From assembly GCA_965222095.1 (NCBI GenBank), contig CBDCTD010000001.1, positions 141,285 to 205,284 of the forward strand: a stretch of DNA of 64,000 nt, given 5' to 3'. Source of the DNA: Bryobacterales bacterium (lineage in GTDB: Bacteria > Acidobacteriota > Terriglobia > Bryobacterales > UBA6623). The translations under genes and the position numbers were made by a program. Shown here one piece after another: positions 28,601 to 38,141 of this stretch. The first letter of the stretch is position 1; each line of letters starts with the position of its first letter. The notes under the pieces are model-generated. The model made no database searches. It was given only the letters and a program-made list of their open reading frames with translations, and was not told the origin of the DNA.

Positions 28601-31486
28601 TCACACGAGCACTTCTTGCGCCACCTTCTCGGTGACGAAGGCCTCAATGATGTCGCTCTGCTTGACGTCGTTGAATCCCTCAAGGCCGATGCCGCATTCC
28701 TGTCCCGCACGGACTTCTTTAGCATCGTCCTTGAAGCGGCGCAACGACGAAACACGACCCGTATAGACGACGACGTTGTCGCGTAGCAATCTTACGTCGC
28801 TCTCGCGGCTGACGCGCCCATCCTGCACGACGCAGCCGGCAATGGTGCCGACCTTGGTGACCCGAAACAGCTCGAGCACCTCAGCTCTGCCCAAGTAGGT
28901 TTCCTTGACCACCGGGTCGAGCAGGCCCATCATCGCCTGCTTGATCTCGTCTAGAAGTTCGTAAATGACGGTATGCAGCCGGATGTCGATCTTTTCGTGC
29001 TCCGCCAAAGTCGCGGCCGTGCGCTCCGGTCGAACACCAAAGCCCACAATGACGCTGCCTGACGCGGCGGCCAGTAGCACATCCGACTCAGAGATGGCGC
29101 CAACGCCCGCATGCACGAGCCGGACGGTGACCTTTTCGGTGGAGAGTTTTTGGACGCTGTCGACAAGGACTTCCACCGAGCCTTGTACGTCGGCTTTCAA
29201 TAGCAATGAAAGTTCCTTAACGTCTCCCGCTTTGAGCCGCTCCTGGAACTGATCAAGGGACAGCCGAGCTGTCTTCGCAAGAGTCTGTTCGCGGACCTTG
29301 TTTTCGCGGTACTCGACAACCTTTTTGGCTTTCTCGGTGTCGGTGACTACCTGCAAAGCGTCCCCTACTTCGGGGAGCCCTTCGAGGCCCAGAACCAATA
29401 CGGCGGAGGAGGGCGGGGCTTCCTTGATCTTCTCGGCGCGGTCGTTGATCAAGGCGCGTACCTTCCCGAAGACCGAACCGATGAGAAAATAGTCGCTGAC
29501 TCGGAGGGTACCGTTCTGGACAAGCACTGTGGCGACCGGTCCCTGGCCTCGATCCAGTTTGGATTCCAGCACCGTGCCTTCAGCGCCGCGCGCCGGGTTA
29601 GCCTTCAGCTCCTTCAGGTCGGCGAGCAGCAGGACCATCTCGAGGAGAGTGTCGAGGTTCTCCTTGGTTTTCGCCGAGACGGGTACGACCACCGTTTCAC
29701 CCCCCCACTCTTCGGGGAGTAGACCGCGGTCTGACAACTGCTGCTTGACGCGCTCCGGGTCTGCGTCGTCCCTATCGATTTTGTTGATGGCAACTAGGAT
29801 AGGGACATCAGCCGCTTTGGCGTGGTCAATCGCTTCGACGGTCTGGGGCATAATGCCATCATCAGCGGAGACCACCAAAACGATGAGGTCAGTCACCCGA
29901 GCGCCCCTCGCCCTCATGCGGGTGAAGGCTTCATGACCTGGCGTGTCGAGGAACACAATGCGGCGCCCATTCTTCTCCACGTGATAGGCGCCAATGGCCT
30001 GGGTGATACCCCCGGCTTCACGGTCGGCGATATTGGTTTCGCGGATGGAGTCCAGCAGGGAGGTTTTCCCGTGGTCGACGTGGCCCATCACGGTTACCAC
30101 GGGCGGGCGGGTCTGAAGATCCTCCGGCACCTCGGTCTGTTCCACGAGCTGGGCCGCTTCTTCCTCAAAGCTGACCTCCGTCGCAGTGGCTCCGAAATAC
30201 TTGCAGAGGTCCTTGATAGTATCTAGGTCTAGCGTTTGGTTAATGGTGGCAAAGACGCCTCGATCAACCAGCCTCTTGATAACGAGGTTGGCCTTGAGGC
30301 CCAGCCTTTCGCCCAGTTCCTTGACGGTTGTTCCGTCGCTGACCGTGACTTCGGTGTGGATAGCCTTTGGCGGGGCGGCAGCCACTTTGGCCGCTGCTTG
30401 GCGGCGCAAGATCTTTTCTTCTCGAGCGGCTTCCGGATCACGAACAGGTCTGGGAGCGATCGGTCTGGGACCCCGGCGCTGATCTGGGCCCCGAGGTGGC
30501 GATCCCGGGGGAAAGAAGCCAGGGCGGCCTGTGGGGTGGAACGTCCGGGGACGGGGCTGGGGTAGGCCGGAAGACCGACGCGTAGGTAAACCTGGGACCG
30601 GTCCTGAACGAGGTCTCTGGTAAATCGGTTTGCCGGGGACTACCATCGGTTTGGGAGGGCCCGTCGAAGTCCGGGTGGCGCGTGTCGTCGCCCGCATTCG
30701 CGGACTGGCAGTCCCACCGGGAGGAACCACGGGGCTTCCCGGCAACATTTGGGCGGGCGGCACGGCACCCCGACTTGGGGGACCGGGTGGAAACGGGGGC
30801 CGAAGGGGTCCCGCCGGGGAAGTCTCTGTTCTTAATGGAGCTCTTGGGCCGCTGGCCGGGCCTTTCGCTTCGGATGGGATGGGTTTGACCGCCGTGGGAA
30901 CTGTAGGAGGCCCGGTGACGGAGCGACTGGTCGGCCTGAGACCGCTGGTCCCGCGCGGCGCCGATGCGCCGGGAGACATACCCTGCGTCACGGCCTCTCC
31001 GCGAGCGGCCTTGGGAACAGAAGCAACAGGTGAAGGTGGCCCACTGGGCGTAGCGGGCGGAGTAGACGCAGCTGCCGTCGGGCTCGTGCGAGGCTTCAGC
31101 GGCGGGCGAAACTCCCGTACAGGGGGACGCAGCGGCGTGCCACTGCCGACGATCCGAAGCGAAGGCTGCGAAATGATCGGGCTGCGGGGCTGGACACCCG
31201 TAGTCTCCGACTTCGGCGAAGCCGTGGGACTTGCCAGCCAGGTGCCTCTCGGCTGGGAACTGACTGTAGGGGCTGAACTTGGCGTTGGAGGGGGGTCGCC
31301 CTTTGCTTGCAAAAGATTTCGGATCGCCTCCGCCGCTGTTGCGTCGACCGAGCTCGAATGCGTCTTCTTTTGCTCGATTCCGACCCGAGGTAGGATCTCG
31401 ATAATTGCGCCGGCCTTGACTTCCAACTCCCGGGCCAGCTCGTTGATACGAATTTTCTGCGCCTTATCTCCCAAGACAGATCTCAC
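28601..31486 (-). CDS. infB: Translation initiation factor IF-2, with a long Pro-rich N-terminal region
   Basis: G-domain VTVMGHVDHGKTSLLD, DTPGHEAF, NKID. 961 aa. Confidence 0.95.
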   Translation of the reverse strand: MRSVLGDKAQKIRINELARELEVKAGAIIEILPRVGIEQKKTHSSSVDATAAEAIRNLLQAKGDPPPTPSSAPTVSSQPRGTWLASPTASPKSETTGVQPRSPIISQPSLRIVGSGTPLRPPVREFRPPLKPRTSPTAAASTPPATPSGPPSPVASVPKAARGEAVTQGMSPGASAPRGTSGLRPTSRSVTGPPTVPTAVKPIPSEAKGPASGPRAPLRTETSPAGPLRPPFPPGPPSRGAVPPAQMLPGSPVVPPGGTASPRMRATTRATRTSTGPPKPMVVPGKPIYQRPRSGPVPGLPTRRSSGLPQPRPRTFHPTGRPGFFPPGSPPRGPDQRRGPRPIAPRPVRDPEAAREEKILRRQAAAKVAAAPPKAIHTEVTVSDGTTVKELGERLGLKANLVIKRLVDRGVFATINQTLDLDTIKDLCKYFGATATEVSFEEEAAQLVEQTEVPEDLQTRPPVVTVMGHVDHGKTSLLDSIRETNIADREAGGITQAIGAYHVEKNGRRIVFLDTPGHEAFTRMRARGARVTDLIVLVVSADDGIMPQTVEAIDHAKAADVPILVAINKIDRDDADPERVKQQLSDRGLLPEEWGGETVVVPVSAKTKENLDTLLEMVLLLADLKELKANPARGAEGTVLESKLDRGQGPVATVLVQNGTLRVSDYFLIGSVFGKVRALINDRAEKIKEAPPSSAVLVLGLEGLPEVGDALQVVTDTEKAKKVVEYRENKVREQTLAKTARLSLDQFQERLKAGDVKELSLLLKADVQGSVEVLVDSVQKLSTEKVTVRLVHAGVGAISESDVLLAAASGSVIVGFGVRPERTAATLAEHEKIDIRLHTVIYELLDEIKQAMMGLLDPVVKETYLGRAEVLELFRVTKVGTIAGCVVQDGRVSRESDVRLLRDNVVVYTGRVSSLRRFKDDAKEVRAGQECGIGLEGFNDVKQSDIIEAFVTEKVAQEVLV

Positions 31487-33105
31487 TCCTTGACGGTCAT
31501 CCCATCGTCGCCACCACCCTCGTTTCCGCCCCCCGCCTGCTGCTGGAAGGCTTCGGATTCCATCTCTGAAGGGAGCTGCCCCGGTTCCGTCACTTGGGCG
31601 GCCCCTGCTGAGAGGTCGCTCTTCCCCATGTTATCAGAGTCGGTATCGCCTTCAGAATAGGGCTCGTCGGACTCCTGAGGCTCTTCGCCTTCAACCGGAA
31701 GCCCGGGCATCAGCGGAGGCGTAAGTGGAAGCGCCCGCTCGGTTTCTGCCTTTGGCGGGGCAGCGGTGTCCTCAGCCGGTGGCGGGGTCTCCGACCGGGC
31801 GAGAGCTAACTCCTGAGCAAATTGCGGCAGTGCGCCCGAATCTTCGAATTGCGAATAAAAGCTGTTAACGGCTAGCTGGATTCTCTCGACAAGTTTAGGA
31901 CCAACGCCGGAGATTGCTTGAAGTTGCTCCGGGGTCATGTCCGCCACCCGCTCGATGGTAGAAGAGCCGGCTTCGAGGAGCTTGTCGACCAGCTTCTCTC
32001 CCAGTCCGTGATCAAGCAGCACACTGACTGGAGTGCCCGCACCAACCATCACCTCCATGGCTGATTCGACCTCTTGTCGCTTTTCTTCCTCGCTCTTGAT
32101 GTCAATGCGCCAGCCCATCAGCTTGGCCGCTAGGCGGACGTTTTGTCCTCTTTTGCCGATGGCGAGGGAGAGTTGCGAGTCGTCAACGACCGCCTCCAGA
32201 TGCTTTCCCGTCGGGTCGACGATGGTGACGCGGCTGATGTTGGCGGGACTTAGGGCACGCGCGACCATTTCGGCCGCCTCCTCGGTATACTGGACGATGT
32301 CGATCTTCTCTCCCCGTAACTCCCGGATGATGGACTGCACTCGCATACCTCTCATCCCGACACAAGCCCCAACGGCATCAACGTCCCGATCGCGAGATTG
32401 AACCGCGATCTTGGTCCGCTCGCCGGCTTCGCGTGCGCAAGCACGGATTTGAACCGTGCCGTCGTAGATCTCCGGGACTTCTTGCTCAAACAAAGTCTTG
32501 ACCAATATCTCGTCCGCGCGAGATACGATCATGGCGGGCCCACGACCTGCTTTGTCGAAGCCCTTGATCACGACGCGGACGCGGTCTCCGGGGGAAAAGC
32601 TTTCCAGTCTTGATTGCTCGCGCCTCGGCAGGCGAGCCTCCGTACGGCCGATATCCACGATCAGGTCCGGGCCTTCGATCCGTTTGATGGTGGAACCGAT
32701 GATCTCTCCCAGGCGGTCCGAGAACTCGTTAAAGATCGTTTCCCTCTCCGCCTCACGAATCTTTTGGAAAATCACTTGCTTGGCGAGCTGGGCGGAGATT
32801 CTGCCAAGTTCCGCGGTTGGCTTCGGGTAGCGGATTTCGCCGCCCAGCTGTGCCTGCGAATCTATGGACTGGGCTTCGGCCAGACTGATTTCTTTGCCGG
32901 GATTGGCCACCAGATCGGTCACGGCCTTAACCGCGAAAACCTCGAGGTGCCCCTGGTCGTTGAACTCGGCGACAAGTTCCCCGTTCGTCTTGTAGTACTT
33001 GCGCGCCGCGGCCAGAATCGCGTCTTTGACGGCCTCGATTACGACCTGGGGATCGATTCCCTTGGCGTTGCTGAGATCCTCAATGCTACCGTAGATATTC
33101 TCCAT
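31483..33105 (-). CDS. nusA: Transcription termination/antitermination factor NusA with an acidic C-terminal extension
   Basis: S1/KH blocks (GDRVRVVI..., VGACVGMRGMRVQSIIRELRGEKIDIV, LAIGKRGQNVRLAAKL). HhH (ISGVGPKLVERI). Confidence 0.95.
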   Translation of the reverse strand: MENIYGSIEDLSNAKGIDPQVVIEAVKDAILAAARKYYKTNGELVAEFNDQGHLEVFAVKAVTDLVANPGKEISLAEAQSIDSQAQLGGEIRYPKPTAELGRISAQLAKQVIFQKIREAERETIFNEFSDRLGEIIGSTIKRIEGPDLIVDIGRTEARLPRREQSRLESFSPGDRVRVVIKGFDKAGRGPAMIVSRADEILVKTLFEQEVPEIYDGTVQIRACAREAGERTKIAVQSRDRDVDAVGACVGMRGMRVQSIIRELRGEKIDIVQYTEEAAEMVARALSPANISRVTIVDPTGKHLEAVVDDSQLSLAIGKRGQNVRLAAKLMGWRIDIKSEEEKRQEVESAMEVMVGAGTPVSVLLDHGLGEKLVDKLLEAGSSTIERVADMTPEQLQAISGVGPKLVERIQLAVNSFYSQFEDSGALPQFAQELALARSETPPPAEDTAAPPKAETERALPLTPPLMPGLPVEGEEPQESDEPYSEGDTDSDNMGKSDLSAGAAQVTEPGQLPSEMESEAFQQQAGGGNEGGGDDGMTVKE

Positions 33106-33126
33106 GGTGACCTCAAACGCTGTTCA

Positions 33127-33597
33127 CTAGATCTCCACAACTAAGCGCGCGCTTTCAATATCGTCGAACTGGAATCTGATGTCTGATTCCGATCCAACTC
33201 GAAGGACAACCCCGCACTCGTCGCATCCTCGAAGCTGTCCCGTAAACTGCCTCCGTCCACCGAGCGGGCGACGGAGCCGGACACTAGCTTTCTTACCGGC
33301 GAAACGTTCGTAATCGGCCAACTTCACGAGCTTGCGGTCAAGACCGGGCGAGGAAACCTCCAAGACGTACCGTCCGTGCAGGAGATCCTCGACATCCAGA
33401 ATCGCGCTGACTTGCCGAGAGACCAGCTCGCAGTCGCGATGGGAGATGCCTTCGGGCTTATCCAGATACAGCCTGACGACCCGATTCGACGAACTGCCGC
33501 GAACCTCGACATCAACAACCTCCATACCCTCGGAAGAGGCAACTCGGTCAGCGATGTCCTTGATCCGAGGGCGAACGCTGTCATCAAACCACGCCAC
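33127..33597 (-). CDS. rimP: Ribosome maturation factor RimP
   Basis: EVVDVEVRGSSSNRVVRLYLDKPEGISHRDCELVSRQVSAILDVED, LEVSSPGLDR. I prefer the GVG... correction: GTG start at 33597, because the track's TTG at 33618 lies inside the terminator T-tract. Confidence 0.85.
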   Translation of the reverse strand: MAWFDDSVRPRIKDIADRVASSEGMEVVDVEVRGSSSNRVVRLYLDKPEGISHRDCELVSRQVSAILDVEDLLHGRYVLEVSSPGLDRKLVKLADYERFAGKKASVRLRRPLGGRRQFTGQLRGCDECGVVLRVGSESDIRFQFDDIESARLVVEI

Positions 33598-33619
33598 AGT
33601 ACCAGCCGAACCCCACAAT

Positions 33620-33646
33620 AAAAAAGTGGGCTAAAGCCCACTTTTC
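33620..33646 (-). terminator. Intrinsic-terminator-like hairpin in the rimP-nusA-infB leader
   Basis: Minus strand: GAAAAGTGGGC-TTTA-GCCCACTTTTTTATT. It lies about 25 nt upstream of the rimP start. Confidence 0.55.
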
Positions 33647-33676
33647 GCCGCGACCTCTGAGCCTGACCAACTCCCT

Positions 33677-33706
33677 ATTTTAGTGCTTGAGAACAGACAA
33701 AAGCAA
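33677..33706 (-). promoter_or_regulatory. Sigma70-like promoter for the rimP operon
   Basis: Minus strand: TTGCTT, an 18-nt spacer, then TAAAAT. This is an AT-rich hexamer pair in a GC-rich region, upstream of the leader hairpin. Confidence 0.4.
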
Positions 33707-34014
33707 GATCGAGAGTTGTTAGGCGCGAGACGATCTCCGAAAACCGCGGTGACAGAGGGGAGAACACCAAAAACGCACAGCGCGCGGGTTCTTCGTCAGG
33801 GCGGAGTGTGAGGACACAATCGGGGTCCCCAGCCGCTCATGCTGGATTTCATCAGAGCCGATAAGAGGGACGTGGGACGGCACGTCCGGCCGACGGAGCA
33901 GTCCGCCGAGCCGCGGAAGCTTCCGACTGACGAAGCCGACTCGACAGATGAGGGCGTTCCAAGCCAGTCAACACCAAGGACTAAGCTCCCGAGGGGCTCG
34001 CTCTCCCTGGAATC

Positions 34015-35820
34015 ATGGCCATTAGTCGACTTGAGCCGTCAAACGACCAGGCCAATGCGGCGGAAGTCCCGGGATGCCTGCCATATGAACAGGCCCTCGC
34101 TCGGTTTCTCCACTCGCAATCGGAAACAGACCGCACGGAGCTGTGTCTGCTGGCCAGGGAATTGGCCGCACAGCGTACTCCGATCGCCGAAGCATTGGAA
34201 AACAACTGGCGGACTGCTCGCTCTTTCTTGTGTTCTGCTCCCGACTCGCGGCAGCCAGAATGCGTCGAGGCCATCGTTCAATCGCAACGAGACCTTGGGC
34301 AGGCCTTCGACCACGCCCTCCGACTAGAAGCCCGGGCGCATACGAGACTCGCCTCGGCGTACGCTCAAAAGACCCGCGAGGTCACGACTCTCCTCGACAG
34401 CCTTCCAGCCTTTGCCTTCATGAAGGACTCCGACTTTCGCTACGCCGCCGTCAACCAGGTGTTTTGCGAAGCTTTGGGGCGCTCGCCAGAAGATCTCATC
34501 TCGAAAACGGACTTCGATCTATTCCCCAAGATCGTGGCTCAGCGGTTCGTGGAACGAGACCGCGAAGTCTTGCGAGGCCGCTCCGCCATCCGGCACGAGG
34601 AGACCGTGGACATCAATGGACAACTTCGAACCGTGCTGGTGATCAAGGCACCCGTGCTAAATCCGAACGGAACCCCCACCGGACTGATCGGGGTCGGTTT
34701 TGACATCACAGAACGCAAGCGCATCGAGCAGGAACACACGCGACTGGCAGCCGCCCTGGAGTCAGCCGGAGAAGCGGTTCTGATTACGGACACGGACGGA
34801 ACCATTCAGTTCGTCAATCCGGCCTTTGAGCGGCTAACGGGCTATTCCCGTGATGAAGCGATCGGAAGGAATCCCCGCATCCTGAAGAGCGGCTATCACG
34901 GCGCCGAGTTTTATCGGAAGATCTGGGAGACGCTGGGCCGGGGGCAGGTGTGGCAGGGAACGATTAGGAACAAGAAGAAGGACGGCCGGCTATTCGACGC
35001 TGACCAAACGCTCGCGCCGGTTCAGGACCGTGAAGGGAAAACCAACAGCTACGTAGGCGTCGTCCGCGATATCACCGAGCGCAAACGGATGGTCGAGAGC
35101 TTACAGCGAGCGGTGATGGTCAAGGTGGAGTTTACCTCGATGGTTTCCCATGAGCTTCGTACGCCGCTGACCGCTATCAAAGAGGCGATCGACGTCGTGG
35201 CCGACCAGACCGCCGGGCCCGTGAACCAGCATCAAGCCGAGTTTCTGGCATTGGCAAAACGCAATGTGGATCGACTTCACCGTCTCATCAACGACACTCT
35301 TGACTTTTCCAAGTTGGAGCGAGGAGAGTTTCGGCTGGAGTTGGGCCCTCACGATCTCAACGCTCTGACGCGAGAGATCGTCATGCAGCAGCGGTTGGCG
35401 GCTCAGAAACAAGGCTTGCGGCTCGAGCTCTCTCTCGAAGAGGGACTGCCCCCTGTTCGTGTGGACCCGGACCGTGTCAGTCAGGTTCTCGTCAACTTGA
35501 TCGGAAACGCCGTTCGCTACTGCGACGGTGCATGGATCGAGGTCAGCACTCGGCGAGGCGACGGGGAGGACGTCGTCGTCAAGGTGCAGGACAGCGGCCC
35601 AGGGATCCCTGAGGACAGGCTGGAGCATATCTTCGAGGCTTTCGTGCAGCTCAGCGCCGGCCCGGGGCGCCGCTCGGGGGGAACGGGCCTCGGCCTATCT
35701 ATCAGTAAGAAACTCGTGGAACTGCACGGCGGGAGAATTTGGGTCGAGTCGGAGCTTGGCCGGGGTTCGGCGTTCAATTTCACCCTTCGCCTTCACGTAG
35801 AGCCAAGCGAAAGGAGTTAA
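34015..35820 (+). CDS. Cytoplasmic PAS-PAS sensor histidine kinase
   Basis: Two PAS modules (FAFMKDSDFRYAAVNQVF...; AVLITDTDGTIQFVNPAFERLTGYSRDEAIGRNPRIL). H-box MVSHELRTPL. N/G boxes GNAVRY, DSGPGI, GTGLGLSI. Confidence 0.85.
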   Translation: MAISRLEPSNDQANAAEVPGCLPYEQALARFLHSQSETDRTELCLLARELAAQRTPIAEALENNWRTARSFLCSAPDSRQPECVEAIVQSQRDLGQAFDHALRLEARAHTRLASAYAQKTREVTTLLDSLPAFAFMKDSDFRYAAVNQVFCEALGRSPEDLISKTDFDLFPKIVAQRFVERDREVLRGRSAIRHEETVDINGQLRTVLVIKAPVLNPNGTPTGLIGVGFDITERKRIEQEHTRLAAALESAGEAVLITDTDGTIQFVNPAFERLTGYSRDEAIGRNPRILKSGYHGAEFYRKIWETLGRGQVWQGTIRNKKKDGRLFDADQTLAPVQDREGKTNSYVGVVRDITERKRMVESLQRAVMVKVEFTSMVSHELRTPLTAIKEAIDVVADQTAGPVNQHQAEFLALAKRNVDRLHRLINDTLDFSKLERGEFRLELGPHDLNALTREIVMQQRLAAQKQGLRLELSLEEGLPPVRVDPDRVSQVLVNLIGNAVRYCDGAWIEVSTRRGDGEDVVVKVQDSGPGIPEDRLEHIFEAFVQLSAGPGRRSGGTGLGLSISKKLVELHGGRIWVESELGRGSAFNFTLRLHVEPSERS

Positions 35821-35823
35821 AGA

Positions 35824-36471
35824 GTGGCAAAATCGAAGGTTCTCATTGTCGATGACGAAGAAGATGTAGTGGCGGCACTGCAGTTCAGACTGGCCACCGC
35901 GGGCTACGAGGTCCTCGCCGCCTCCCACGGCGCAGAAGCTTTGGAAGTCCTTAAGCGGGAGGCGGTCGACCTCGTTCTGGCTGACTTCATGATGCCGGAG
36001 ATCAACGGTTTGGAGCTAACCCGTCTAGTGAAAGCCAATCCAAATTGGTACGCGACCCAGATTGTACTGTTCTCGTGCAATTCCGAGCCCGAATTTCGAA
36101 AACGGGCGCTGGAGCTCGGCGCAGTCGACTACCTCCCGAAAACCGGCGGGGCGAACTCGATTGTGGCGAGGGTCGCCGAGATTCTCAGTCCAGAGGCCAA
36201 GGAACCATCGCCTCTCGCTGGACACTCCTTGTCAGAATCAGAGCAGAACCTTGGCGAGTCAGCCTTGGGAGAACAATTGCGGGCTCTCTCGCGAAGTCTC
36301 ACGGATATGCTTCACCTAGCTCAGATGGACAAAGACATTCCCCAGACGACCCAATACGCCCTGGATTCCGCCAACAGAATCGCCGGAGACATTAGTCGCC
36401 TGGCCCGTTCCGTCGAGGAAAAATCTACTGCCCCGTCATCTACCGAAACCCAGCCGAAGGCGGCGTCCTAA
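35824..36471 (+). CDS. Response regulator (REC) with an uncharacterised C-terminal region
   Basis: VLIVDDEEDV...DLVLADFMMPEINGLEL...DYLPK. Confidence 0.8.
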   Translation: MAKSKVLIVDDEEDVVAALQFRLATAGYEVLAASHGAEALEVLKREAVDLVLADFMMPEINGLELTRLVKANPNWYATQIVLFSCNSEPEFRKRALELGAVDYLPKTGGANSIVARVAEILSPEAKEPSPLAGHSLSESEQNLGESALGEQLRALSRSLTDMLHLAQMDKDIPQTTQYALDSANRIAGDISRLARSVEEKSTAPSSTETQPKAAS

Positions 36472-36881
36472 TGGAACCGGAAAACGAGGCACAAACCATC
36501 CTGATCGTCGACGATGAAGAAGACGTCGGGAAACCAATCATTTTTCGATTGGAGATGCAGGGCTTCGATGTGCTCATGGAGGCGGACGGGGAAACAGGCT
36601 TTCAGACCGCCCTCGCCGAAATGCCGGACCTGATTTTGCTCGACATTATGATGCCTGGCATCGACGGGCTAACGTTGTGCCAAATCCTCAAGGAACGACC
36701 TGACACTTCGCACATTCCGATCATCATGCTGACGGCTAAGACCACCATGGGCGACGTCGAGAAGGCTTTCGCCGCCAAAGCGGACGACTACGTTGCCAAA
36801 CCTTTCGAATGGCGGGAGCTATTCGGAAAAATCCATCGCTGTCTGGCGCATGAAGACGCCCTCCAACCGGAGAACCCGTAA
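36471..36881 (+). CDS. Single-domain CheY-like response regulator
   Basis: ILIVDDEEDV...DLILLDIMMPGIDGL...IIMLTAK...DDYVAKPF. Confidence 0.85.
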   Translation: MEPENEAQTILIVDDEEDVGKPIIFRLEMQGFDVLMEADGETGFQTALAEMPDLILLDIMMPGIDGLTLCQILKERPDTSHIPIIMLTAKTTMGDVEKAFAAKADDYVAKPFEWRELFGKIHRCLAHEDALQPENP

Positions 36882-36945
36882 GGTCCGCACGTCCCTTCCC
36901 TGCCGACCGGATCGAAACGGCCGATAAGACTCTGGGGAGAAGAGT

Positions 36946-37632
36946 GTGGCTTCGAGACGGCAACGAATTCGGGTTGCGGTGGTCGACGATCACCAACTAT
37001 TGCGGGCGGGTGTCCGAACCTTACTGGAAGAAGAGCCCGACCTCGAGGTCGCTGCCGAGGGCTCTCACGGCAACGACATCTGCGCGCTCATTCGCCGCGC
37101 CGAGGTGGACGTCTTGCTTCTCGACCTGGATATGCCGCCCCCTGATGGACATGAAGTTCTGCGGCAGATGAAAAAAGCCCGCCTAGGCGTGCACACCATT
37201 ATCCTCACCGGCGTAGATGACCCTCTGCCCCTCGCCCTCGCGTTGGAACTGGGCGCCAAGGGGATAGTGCCCAAGAAATCGGCGACGAAGCAGCTGATTC
37301 AGGCCGTCCGCAACGTTCACCAGGGACGCTCCTGGCTGGAGGAAAGCTTAGCTCACCTCAAGCCGCACATTCTCCAAACCCCGCCGGCGCGTTCCCGCAA
37401 GAAGGCCCACGCGCCAGTGCCGGCCGAGGAGGTCTCCCTATGGAGTTATCTAACTCCGCGCGAGCGCCAAATCGCGTCGCTAGTCGCTCAGGGTCAACGG
37501 TATAAGGAGATCGCAAGCCACCTCAGCATCAGTGATCAAACCGTTCGCAATCACCTGCGAAACGTCTTCGACGAGCTACAAGTCAACGACAGAGTGCAGT
37601 TGGCGCTTTACACTATTCGGCGCGGTCCATAG
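36946..37632 (+). CDS. NarL/FixJ-type response regulator (REC plus LuxR HTH)
   Basis: RVAVVDDHQLLR, VLLLDLDMP, and C-terminal LTPRERQIASLVAQGQRYKEIASHLSISDQTVRNHL. Confidence 0.85.
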   Translation: MASRRQRIRVAVVDDHQLLRAGVRTLLEEEPDLEVAAEGSHGNDICALIRRAEVDVLLLDLDMPPPDGHEVLRQMKKARLGVHTIILTGVDDPLPLALALELGAKGIVPKKSATKQLIQAVRNVHQGRSWLEESLAHLKPHILQTPPARSRKKAHAPVPAEEVSLWSYLTPRERQIASLVAQGQRYKEIASHLSISDQTVRNHLRNVFDELQVNDRVQLALYTIRRGP

Positions 37633-37709
37633 CAGTCCTTGCAACGTCACTTCCACCGATTCGGCTTCGCACTAAGTACGCGGTTTCATAAATGCACTGT
37701 TTCGGGCGA

Positions 37710-37798
37710 GTAGAGGCGGGCCAGCATGGCATGCTGCCCCTACAGATTTCCTAGGAGTCGGAAGCGTAGGGCACGGCATGTCCTGGCATGCCGTGCCC
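37710..37798. repeat. Two GTAGG-type GC-rich hairpins (REP-like)
   Basis: GTAGAGGCGGGCCAGCATGGCATGCTGCCCCTAC (37710-37743). GTAG-GGCACGGCATG-TCCTGG-CATGCCGTGCCC (37766-37798, 12-bp perfect stem). Confidence 0.8.
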
Positions 37799-38141
37799 GC
37801 AGCTCCGGATCGTCCGCTTGGCTTTGAAAGATACGTCACCGGAGGTTTCAAACGGACTTCGTGGCTCCCGAAGCCAGGAGCCCACTCTTGGCCGTCGCCG
37901 GCAAGAACACCCGGCGGGATGTAGCTGTAGCCGCTATCCGAGGCGCAGTCAACTCGTTTTGGTTCGACGCGGGTTTCCTAACTCCTTAGCGGAACCGTCG
38001 ACTGCGCCGCGCGGCGGTTCCGTATGGCACAATGGGGAAACCGCGCCGCTCCTATCCGAGACGGGTGACTTGCACAGCTTGGCGGCGGGCGGGTCTCGCA
38101 TCTTGGTCCGAACAGATACGGTATTTCGGTGTCCTAAATCA

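Noticed and set aside
30630-31493. 287-aa Gly/Pro-rich ORF on the plus strand
   Set aside because: It is antisense to the Pro-rich N-terminal region of infB. This is a low-complexity mirror frame.
37788-38141. N-terminal extension of the putative glycoside hydrolase ORF
   Set aside because: It starts inside the 12-bp-stem GTAGG hairpin and is Arg-rich. The internal ATG at 38142 yields a signal peptide.
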